DNA of 64,000 nucleotides from Nitrospirota bacterium (GTDB lineage Bacteria; Nitrospirota; UBA9217): NCBI GenBank assembly GCA_029858565.1, contig JAOUEV010000006.1, positions 32,001 to 96,000 of the forward strand, read 5' to 3'. Shown piece by piece: positions 56,665 to 64,000 of this stretch (position 1 is its first letter; each line of letters starts with the position of its first letter). The notes under the pieces were generated by a model. It saw only the letters and a program-made list of their open reading frames with translations, ran no database searches and was not told where the DNA came from. The position numbers and the translations under genes were made by a program.

Positions 56665-58869
56665 ATGGCAGCACCGAAGAAGGAACAACAGAAACACCGG
56701 CACGAGATCCTGGCGCTGACCCTGTTCGCGGCGGGACTTCTCCTGCTGCTTGCCCTGGTCACGTACAGCGCCAGTGATCCCTGTTTCAGCGTGTCCCGCA
56801 CAGGCGGCCAGGTCAGGAACGCGATCGGCGTTCTCGGCTCCTACCTGTCCGACGCGCTGCTCAAGCTTTTCGGGCTGGGCTCCTATCTCCTGGCGCTGTT
56901 TCTCTTTGTCTACGCCGCATTCTTCGCTCTTGGCAGCGAAGCGGTCCACCCCCATCTCAAGAAGGTCGGCGGCATCTTTCTCTTCGCATCACTTGTCAGT
57001 CTGCTCGGACTCCAGGGAGATACTGTCTCATTCCTCGGCGAGACCGTCCCGTCAGGGGGCATGCTCGGACAGTTATTTGTCGCGATTCTCGTGGGGAGCG
57101 TGTCCACGACCGGCGCCTATATCATCACGGTGACGGTGTTCATGATCTCGCTGCTGCTGCTCGCGCCGTTCTCGCTTCTCGCTGTCTGGGAATGGACGCA
57201 GGATACCTACCACGGCATTGTGCGGCAGCTGTCGCTGCTGAACGATATCCGGAAAGCGCGGGCCGAGAAGGCACGGGAAGCCCGGATGCGGCAGCCGGAG
57301 CAGCCGAAGGCCCCGCCGCGGATCGTCGAGCCCCTGCCGCAGCCCCGCGTTGCCCCGCGTGAGACACGGGAGGCGAAGGAAAAGAAGGAAAAGCCGCAAA
57401 AACCGGTCCAGGCCACCTTCGAGTTCATGGACGACGGCAAGGGCGGATACAAGCTTCCGGCCGCGGATCTGCTCGATCCCGCGCCGCAGACCGTCAAGAA
57501 GATCTCGGAAAAGGAAATGCTCGGAATGTCCGAGCTTCTGGCGCAGAAGCTCAAGGATTTCGGCATAGAAGGCCGCATCACCCAGGTCCATCCCGGGCCG
57601 GTGGTGACCATGTTCGAGTTCGAGCCGGCGCCGGGCGTGAAAGTGAGGAGCATCGAGGGCCTGTCCGACGACCTGGCGCTGTCAATGAAGTCCACGTCAG
57701 TGCGCATCGTCTCGCCGCTCCCGGGCAAAGGGACGGTCGGCATCGAGGTCCCGAACAACTCCCGCGAGACGGTCTACTTCCGCCAGATCATCGAGTCAGG
57801 CGAGTACCAGTCGCACAAGTCCAGGCTCCGAATCCCGCTGGGCAAGGACATCTTCGGCGCGCCGGTGGTGGCCCAGATCGAGAAGATGCCTCATCTGCTC
57901 GTTGCCGGCGCCACGGGCTCCGGCAAGAGCGTTGCCGTGAACGCGATCATCATGGCTTTGCTCATGAACGCGCGGCCGAACGAGGTGAAGCTCGTTATGG
58001 TGGACCCCAAGATGCTGGAGCTTTCGCTGTACAATGATATCCCGCACCTGCTGACCCCGGTGGTCACCCAGCCCAAGAAGGCAGCGGAGACGCTCAGGGC
58101 GGTGGTCGCGGAAATGGAGCGGCGGTACCGGCAGCTCGCGGACAAGGGGTCCAAGAACATCGAATCCTATAACAAGGCCGTGCCCGAAGCTGAGCGGCTT
58201 CCCTACATCGTCGTGATCATCGACGAACTGGCGGACCTCATGATGACGGTGCAGAAAGAGGTCGAAGACTCGATCATGCGGATCGCCCAGATGGCTCGCG
58301 CTGCCGGCATCCACCTGATCGTCGCAACCCAGCGGCCGAGCGTCGATGTCGTCACGGGGCTCATCAAGGCGAACCTGCCGTCGCGCATCGCCTTCCAGGT
58401 GGCGTCCAAGACCGATTCGCGCACCATCCTGGACGCGAACGGCGCCGAGAGCCTGCTGGGCAAGGGCGACATGCTCTTTCTCCCGCCCGGGTCTCCCCAC
58501 CTGATACGCGTCCATGGATGCTATGTGTCCGAGGAGGAAATCAAACGCGTTGTGGAGGTCGTAAAGAAGCAGGGCAAGCCGAACTATGAGCTGCTGCAGC
58601 AGCGGGTGAAGGAAGTTGCCGAGGCGGCCACGCAGGCGACCGAAGAAGGGGAGCATGACGAAGAGTACGAACGGGCCGTGGACCTGGTGATGATGAACGG
58701 ACAGGCGTCCACGTCCTTTATCCAGCGACGCCTGCGTGTGGGCTACAACCGCGCTGCCCGCATGATCGAGATGATGGAAAAGGACGGCATCGTGGGCCCG
58801 GCCGACGGGTCCAAGCCCAGGAAGGTGCTCGTCAGGAAGAACATGGACGGCACGGAGCGGGACTTATGA
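56665..58869 (+). CDS. ftsK: DNA translocase FtsK
   Basis: 4TM N-terminus, PHLLVAGATGSGKS, IIDELADL, ATQRPS, gamma domain QRRLRVGYNRAAR. Confidence 0.97.
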   Translation: MAAPKKEQQKHRHEILALTLFAAGLLLLLALVTYSASDPCFSVSRTGGQVRNAIGVLGSYLSDALLKLFGLGSYLLALFLFVYAAFFALGSEAVHPHLKKVGGIFLFASLVSLLGLQGDTVSFLGETVPSGGMLGQLFVAILVGSVSTTGAYIITVTVFMISLLLLAPFSLLAVWEWTQDTYHGIVRQLSLLNDIRKARAEKAREARMRQPEQPKAPPRIVEPLPQPRVAPRETREAKEKKEKPQKPVQATFEFMDDGKGGYKLPAADLLDPAPQTVKKISEKEMLGMSELLAQKLKDFGIEGRITQVHPGPVVTMFEFEPAPGVKVRSIEGLSDDLALSMKSTSVRIVSPLPGKGTVGIEVPNNSRETVYFRQIIESGEYQSHKSRLRIPLGKDIFGAPVVAQIEKMPHLLVAGATGSGKSVAVNAIIMALLMNARPNEVKLVMVDPKMLELSLYNDIPHLLTPVVTQPKKAAETLRAVVAEMERRYRQLADKGSKNIESYNKAVPEAERLPYIVVIIDELADLMMTVQKEVEDSIMRIAQMARAAGIHLIVATQRPSVDVVTGLIKANLPSRIAFQVASKTDSRTILDANGAESLLGKGDMLFLPPGSPHLIRVHGCYVSEEEIKRVVEVVKKQGKPNYELLQQRVKEVAEAATQATEEGEHDEEYERAVDLVMMNGQASTSFIQRRLRVGYNRAARMIEMMEKDGIVGPADGSKPRKVLVRKNMDGTERDL

Positions 58870-59576
58870 GAAGCGAGCGCGGAGTGCGGAGTGCGAAGTG
58901 CGGAGTGAAAGCATCGAACACCTCTTTCGGATTGCGGATTGCGGATTGCGGAATCAAGTCCACGGCGTTCACGCTGCTGCTGGTCCTGACTGCGGTGAGC
59001 GTCAGCATTGCCGAAACTGCCGATGACATTGTGGCATCCATTGAGAAGCATTACCAGGCGGTGAACGATCTGTCAGGGAAGGTCAGCCAGAAGAACTATC
59101 TCAAGTCCGTGAACAAGACCCAGAAGTTCGAGGGGACCCTGTCCATCAAGAAACCCGGCAAGCTGCGGCTTGAATATACGAACGGCCAGATCATTGTCAT
59201 CGACGGAAAGGCCGGCTGGTTCTATTCCAAAAAGAACGAGCAGGCCATCAGGAAGACCTTTGAAGATTTCGAGCGCGTGAACGTGCCGGTCGCGTTCCTG
59301 CTCGGCGCGGGGAACATCCGACAGGACTTCACCGTGTCCCTGGCCGGCCCGGGGCCGAAATCCCCGGTCGATCTTGTGCCGAAGAAGCCCGGCGCGGCAA
59401 TGAAAAAGCTCAGGGTCGACATTGACGCAGAGGGCAGGATCAATGTCCTGACCGTGTATGACAGGAACGGCAACACCTCTGAAGTGTCATTTGCCGATGT
59501 GCGGGAGAACGCCGGCGTCGAGGACGCACAGTTCAAGTTCGCGGTCCCCAAGGGGACGGAAGTGATAGAACAATAG
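58866..59576 (+). CDS. lolA: Outer-membrane lipoprotein carrier LolA family protein
   Basis: KKPGKLRLEY, IVIDGK, FKFAVPKG; follows ftsK with ATGA overlap. Confidence 0.88.
   Translation: MRSERGVRSAKCGVKASNTSFGLRIADCGIKSTAFTLLLVLTAVSVSIAETADDIVASIEKHYQAVNDLSGKVSQKNYLKSVNKTQKFEGTLSIKKPGKLRLEYTNGQIIVIDGKAGWFYSKKNEQAIRKTFEDFERVNVPVAFLLGAGNIRQDFTVSLAGPGPKSPVDLVPKKPGAAMKKLRVDIDAEGRINVLTVYDRNGNTSEVSFADVRENAGVEDAQFKFAVPKGTEVIEQ
58879..58954 (+). repeat. Heptamer tandem repeats (GCGGAGT and GCGGATT) inside the lolA 5' coding region
   Basis: GCGGAGTGCGGAGTGCGAAGTGCGGAGTG and CGGATTGCGGATTGCGGATTGCGGAAT. Confidence 0.85.
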
Positions 59577-59585
59577 GAGGTTCCC

Positions 59586-60083
59586 ATGGCCGCAGAGAAT
59601 TCATTTGATATCGTGTCCAAGATCGAGATGACCGAGGTTACCAATGCCGTCACCCAGGCCACAAAAGAGATCAGCCAGCGTTTCGATTTTAAGGGCAGCA
59701 AGTCGGAGATAACGCAGGAAAAGGACGCTCTCGTGGTCCTGTCCGACGACGAATACAAGCTCAAGAGCGTTATCGATATCCTGCAGGCTAAGCTCGTGAA
59801 GCGCGGAGTTCCGGTCAAGAACCTTACCTATGGCAAGATCGAACCTGCACTGGGCGGCACGGTGCGGCAGCGCGTCACGCTCCAGCAGGGGATCCCTTCG
59901 GACAAGGCAAAGGAGATCGTCAAGGCGATCAAGGACGCCAAGATGAAAGTGCAGGCGGCGATCCAGGCAGACCAGGTCCGGGTCTCGGGCAAGAACCGGG
60001 ACGACCTCCAGGCCGTTATCGCTTTGCTGAAGGGAAAAGATTTCGGGATCGAACTCCAGTTCACGAACTACCGGAGCACCTAG
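59586..60083 (+). CDS. yajQ: YajQ family nucleotide/c-di-GMP-binding protein
   Basis: [34 protein letters not shown]. Confidence 0.96.
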   Translation: MAAENSFDIVSKIEMTEVTNAVTQATKEISQRFDFKGSKSEITQEKDALVVLSDDEYKLKSVIDILQAKLVKRGVPVKNLTYGKIEPALGGTVRQRVTLQQGIPSDKAKEIVKAIKDAKMKVQAAIQADQVRVSGKNRDDLQAVIALLKGKDFGIELQFTNYRST

Positions 60084-60142
60084 GGGGGCGTCGCGCACCC
60101 CCTGTCTTCCCCTCCCTCAATACCCCTAACCAACGAATAATC

Positions 60143-60170
60143 TTGCAATTTTTGATCGACCTGTTATAAT
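60143..60170 (+). promoter_or_regulatory. Sigma70 promoter (extended -10) for the DUF4388-che operon
   Basis: TTGCAA, 16 bp, TATAAT with TG at the extended position. Confidence 0.6.
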
Positions 60171-60208
60171 TTGGGAGATTCCTGGCACTCTGTGCCCGAG
60201 GAGCACGC

Positions 60209-61423
60209 ATGAGCCTTGTCGGCAGGCTGGAAGACCTTGCCCTCCCTGATATCTTCCAGATCATCAGCCTGAGCAAAAAGACCGGAACCCTGGTGGTGCG
60301 GAGCCGCAAAGGGACGGGGATGATCGTGTTCAAAAGCGGCCAGGTGATCCAGGCCGGCAGCGACATCATCCGTGATTCGCTCGGGAACATACTCATTTCC
60401 CAGGGGATGATCGACCAGGCCGATCTGTCCTCGGCGCTCGCTGCGCAGAAGGCGAGCCCGGACAAGCCGCTGGGCATGCTGCTCGTGGAGCTGGGAGCGA
60501 CATCGGCCAAGGTCATCGAGGATGTGGTACGGCAGCAGATCGAGGAGATCATTTCCGACCTGTTGGCATGGGAGGAAGGGTTCTTCAACTTTGAGCTGGG
60601 CGAGATCGCTCCCAAGGACACGATCGAGGTCAACACCCAGGACTTCCTGCTGAAGGCGGGGATCAGCGCCGAATACCTGCTCATGGAGAGCACGCGCCTG
60701 CTCGACGAGAAGCGCAAGGACCAGTCCCGCAAGGGCGGTCCGGCCGCCGCGCCCGCCGCACCGGCAGCGCCGGCAGCTCCGAAAGCTCCCAAACCCGCCG
60801 TTGCCGTGACCCCACCGGCAAAACCCGTCACCCGGGACAGCTACGAACCCGCCAAAGAAGAGTTCCGGTCGCGCATCGAGACCGAAGAGCCCACCAAGCA
60901 GATCACCACGCTCAGGTCCATGTTCGACGAACTGCGTTTCCCGACGGCGACGGCCGAGGTGACGCTCCTTATCCTGCGATATGCAAGCGAGGTCGTGAAC
61001 CGCGCCATCCTGTTCATGGCGAAAAAGGACGAGGTGCGCGGACTCGGTCAGTTCGGCATCGAGCTTGCCGCGGGCAAATCGCCGGACCTGGTGGTGCGGA
61101 ACATCAGGATCCCGCTGAGCGAACCGTCGCTGTTCCAGAATGTCATCGAGAGCCGGCGCACCTACCTGGGACCGCTCGAAGCGAACGAACAGAACAACTA
61201 CCTGATCAACGAGATCGGCGGACGAAAGCCTGACACGGTGCTGGTCATTCCGCTTGTCGTGGACAACAAGGTAGCGCTCGTTGTGTACGGCGACAATCTT
61301 CCGGACCAGAAGCCCATCAAGGGTCTGGAGACCCTGGAGATCTTCATGAACCAGGCCGGCATGGCCCTGGAAAAGGCCCTGCTCGAACGGAAGCTGGCCG
61401 AGCTCCAGAAGGAGCGGTCATGA
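60209..61423 (+). CDS. DUF4388 (PATAN-like) domain protein with C-terminal GAF-like domain
   Basis: MSLVGRLEDLALPDIFQII...KTGTL...WEEGFFNF; VLVIPLVVD...YGDN. Confidence 0.85.
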   Translation: MSLVGRLEDLALPDIFQIISLSKKTGTLVVRSRKGTGMIVFKSGQVIQAGSDIIRDSLGNILISQGMIDQADLSSALAAQKASPDKPLGMLLVELGATSAKVIEDVVRQQIEEIISDLLAWEEGFFNFELGEIAPKDTIEVNTQDFLLKAGISAEYLLMESTRLLDEKRKDQSRKGGPAAAPAAPAAPAAPKAPKPAVAVTPPAKPVTRDSYEPAKEEFRSRIETEEPTKQITTLRSMFDELRFPTATAEVTLLILRYASEVVNRAILFMAKKDEVRGLGQFGIELAAGKSPDLVVRNIRIPLSEPSLFQNVIESRRTYLGPLEANEQNNYLINEIGGRKPDTVLVIPLVVDNKVALVVYGDNLPDQKPIKGLETLEIFMNQAGMALEKALLERKLAELQKERS

Positions 61424-61791
61424 GGAACGTCCTGATCGTCGAGGATTCGCGGGCGATCCGCTCGTTGATCCGCATCACGCTCGAGGAGGCCGGCGATTTC
61501 CTTACCGCGGAAGCGGCAAACGGATTCGAAGCGCTCAAGATGCTCCCGGGCCGGAAGTTCGACCTCATCATTACGGACATCAACATGCCCGATATCAACG
61601 GGCTGGAGCTCATGGGATTCGTCAAGGCGAACCCGGCCTATCAGAACATTCCGCTGGTCATCGTGAGCACCGAGAAGAGCGACGAGGACAAGAAGCGCGG
61701 CATGGCAATGGGCGCGGTCGGGTACATTGTCAAACCCTTCAGAAAAGAAGAGCTGGTGGCCGCGGTGAACAGGGCGCTGGAAGGCAAATAA
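61420..61791 (+). CDS. cheY: CheY-like response regulator
   Basis: LIVEDS, IITDINMP, IVKPF; upstream of cheA. Confidence 0.88.
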   Translation: MRNVLIVEDSRAIRSLIRITLEEAGDFLTAEAANGFEALKMLPGRKFDLIITDINMPDINGLELMGFVKANPAYQNIPLVIVSTEKSDEDKKRGMAMGAVGYIVKPFRKEELVAAVNRALEGK

Positions 61792-61895
61792 AGGATTAAG
61801 AGGATCAAAGGGCTAAAGGGCTAGCGTAATTGCGGACACGAGATTAGACGATTACACGGTAATCCTCTAATCCTGTAATCCTTGAATCCCGATTC
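61792..61895. repeat. Short degenerate tandem and inverted repeats in intergenic DNA
   Basis: AGGATTAAGAGGATCAAAGGGCTAAAGGGCTAG ... TAATCCTCTAATCCTGTAATCCTTGAATCC. Confidence 0.55.
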
Positions 61896-61897
61896 TT

Positions 61898-63892
61898 ATG
61901 AAGACCGACCGCCCCATACAGGAATTTCTAGCGGAGTCCGAGGACATCCTCGAGACAGCGACGGGGATCATCCTGTCGCTTGAGGATGGACTGGAAGCCG
62001 GGCGCACCGACCCCGACCAGGTGAACGCCCTGTTCCGGGCGCTCCACTCGTTCAAGGGGCTTGCCGGGATGTTCGGGCTGCAGCAGCCCGCGGACCTGGC
62101 GCACAAGCTGGAGTTCCTGCTCGACGAGATCCGTCTCGGGAAGGTGGCGCTGGTCCGTGAGAACCTGAACGCGCTGAGCGATGTGCTGGGGACCCTGGGA
62201 CGGCTGGTGCGCCAGATCGGAAAAGGCGAAGAGACCGAAGGCATCGCCGGTGCGCTCGCGACGCTCGACAGGATCCTGGCGGCGAAACCGGGTGCCGGCG
62301 GAGAGAAGTCCCAGCTGTCCCGTTTCACGATAGACCCTGCGGTGCTCCAGGTCCTGACGGAGTATGAAGAGCACCGCTTGAAGGAGAACATCCGGGAAGG
62401 AAAGAACCTGTTCCTTGTCCGGGCGGCGTTCTCCTTTGCCGAGTTCGAGACCGGAATACGGTCCCTGACCGAGTCGATCAAGAAGCAGGGAGAGATCATC
62501 TGCACGTTGCCCACTGCGGGCAGCGGCGACGGGATCGGCTTCACGATCATGGTCGGGAGCGCCGGCAGCCGCGAGGATCTGGCGGCGGTCTTCGGCAGGC
62601 CGAATATCCAGGTGGAGGAGGTCCCGCGCGCGGCAGAGGAGCCCGCGGCCGAACCCCGCGCCGAGACAGCGACGCTCAAGACCGTGAGCAACACGGTCCG
62701 CGTGGATATCCACAAGCTCGACAGCCTCATGAGCGTTGTGGGCGAGCTGCATATTGTCAAGGGCGAGATCGGCGGCATCGCATCGGACCTGCGGGCCATG
62801 CAGGGATTCACCGGTCTGGCCGTGAACCTCTTCAAGGCCTACAAGAACCTGGAACGCAGGCTCAACGAGATCCAGGAGGGCATCCTCGATGTCCGGATGG
62901 TGCCGATCGGCCAGATCTTCACGCGCCTCAGCACGGTGGTAAGGAAATACGCGCGGGACGCGGGCAAGGAGATCGATCTCGAGATCCGGGGCGAGGAAAC
63001 GGAACTGGACAAGCTCATGGTCGAGGACCTGGCGGATCCGCTCATGCACCTGGTCCGGAACGCCATCGATCACGGGATCGACCGGCCCGACGTGCGGCGC
63101 AGCATTGGAAAGCCGGAGAGCGGCCTGGTGCGACTGACCGCTTTTCCCAAAGGGAACCACGTGGTGATCACGGTCGAGGACGATGGACGGGGGATCGATC
63201 CCGATGTCATCCTTGCCAAGGCGCGGGAAAAGGGTCTGGTGGAACCCGGTGATGATCTGGACCCGGACCGCGACCGGAAGGAAATCCTGGACCTGATCTT
63301 TCTGCCCGGCTTCACCACGAGCGAAAAGGTCACGGAGATATCAGGTCGCGGCGTGGGCATGGACGTGGTGAAGCGGAACGTCTCCCGCCTTTCCGGCATG
63401 ATCGATATCGATACCGAGCCCGGTGAGGGCACGGTATTCACGCTGACCATGCCGATCACGCTGGCGATCATCAAGGCGCTGATCATCGAGACCGGCGGAC
63501 GGAGATTCGCGGTCCCGCTCGGGTCGGTCCTGGAGATTCTCCGGGTCAGACCGGAACAGATCGAGACTGTGGAGACCCGCGAGGTCATGGCCATCAGGGA
63601 CGAGACGGTCCCTTTGCTCCGTCTTGTCGACGCTTTCGGACTGACGCCGGACCCGAGCAAGGAGAACCTTTTTGTGATCCTCGTGGGCCTGGCCGAACGC
63701 CGGCTGGGGATCGTGGTCGAGGGCCTGCAGGGCCAGCAGGAGATCGTGATCAAGCCGCTGGGCAAGCGTCTTGCCGACACGCCGGGGATCGCAGGAGCCA
63801 CGGAGCTCGGGGACAAGCGGATCGTGCTGGTGCTCGATGTGGAATCGCTGATCGAAGGGGCGATGAGGAAAACGGTAGCCCGGAACCTGTAG
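61898..63892 (+). CDS. cheA: Chemotaxis histidine kinase CheA
   Basis: Hpt FRALHSFKG, TVRVDI, HLVRNAIDHG, DDGRG, GRGVGMDVV, C-terminal CheW domain. Confidence 0.96.
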   Translation: MKTDRPIQEFLAESEDILETATGIILSLEDGLEAGRTDPDQVNALFRALHSFKGLAGMFGLQQPADLAHKLEFLLDEIRLGKVALVRENLNALSDVLGTLGRLVRQIGKGEETEGIAGALATLDRILAAKPGAGGEKSQLSRFTIDPAVLQVLTEYEEHRLKENIREGKNLFLVRAAFSFAEFETGIRSLTESIKKQGEIICTLPTAGSGDGIGFTIMVGSAGSREDLAAVFGRPNIQVEEVPRAAEEPAAEPRAETATLKTVSNTVRVDIHKLDSLMSVVGELHIVKGEIGGIASDLRAMQGFTGLAVNLFKAYKNLERRLNEIQEGILDVRMVPIGQIFTRLSTVVRKYARDAGKEIDLEIRGEETELDKLMVEDLADPLMHLVRNAIDHGIDRPDVRRSIGKPESGLVRLTAFPKGNHVVITVEDDGRGIDPDVILAKAREKGLVEPGDDLDPDRDRKEILDLIFLPGFTTSEKVTEISGRGVGMDVVKRNVSRLSGMIDIDTEPGEGTVFTLTMPITLAIIKALIIETGGRRFAVPLGSVLEILRVRPEQIETVETREVMAIRDETVPLLRLVDAFGLTPDPSKENLFVILVGLAERRLGIVVEGLQGQQEIVIKPLGKRLADTPGIAGATELGDKRIVLVLDVESLIEGAMRKTVARNL

Positions 63893-63904
63893 CCAGGAGG
63901 TACC

Positions 63905-63938
63905 GATTGCGGATTGCGGATTGCGGATTGCGGATTGG
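63905..63938 (+). repeat. GCGGATT heptamer tandem repeat
   Basis: GATTGCGGATTGCGGATTGCGGATTGCGGATTGG. Confidence 0.85.
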
Positions 63939-64000
63939 TCTGCGGGTTTTAAAGACGCACTCTCGGATTGTGGCATTTTCGCGGATTACCTGCAGCCATG

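Overview
GC-rich bacterial window. Gene content and style (rnj/uppP/ftsK/lolA/yajQ, DUF4388-CheY-CheA, two-CW proteins, Geobacter-like dockerins, heptamer intergenic repeats) suggest an anaerobic Nitrospirota- or Desulfobacterota-like organism; this is inference only. In order: a HigBA toxin-antitoxin pair; a 2398-aa beta-propeller/Ig/FN3 surface protein ending in a dockerin, followed by a cohesin-like lipoprotein and a cohesin+dockerin-like protein; usp, ilvE, tRNA-Leu(GAG) and an SH3/NlpC-P60/DUF1460 wall hydrolase; comM, with an 8.9-kb integrase-less Rhs toxin island between two copies of its 483-nt 3' end that begin at a 15-bp near-identical core; a hybrid kinase/NarL pair; a first Cys-rich chemosensory accessory cassette; rnj; a small defence-like patch (MerR-HicB fusion, DUF3800 plus a downstream structured RNA candidate, an RM fragment, an ankyrin membrane protein, a BRO-N protein); a second, paralogous and inverted Cys-rich chemosensory cassette with an HD-GYP enzyme; metabolic genes (MDR oxidoreductase, glgP, YheT, MOSC); uppP-ftsK-lolA-yajQ; and the start of a DUF4388-CheY-CheA cluster. 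The best candidates for undescribed biology are the comM-repairing cassette island, the duplicated Cys-rich chemosensory module, the MerR-HicB/DUF3800/RNA unit and the Cys-rich arm inserted in the Rhs shell. All family calls come from motif recognition by eye; no searches were run.
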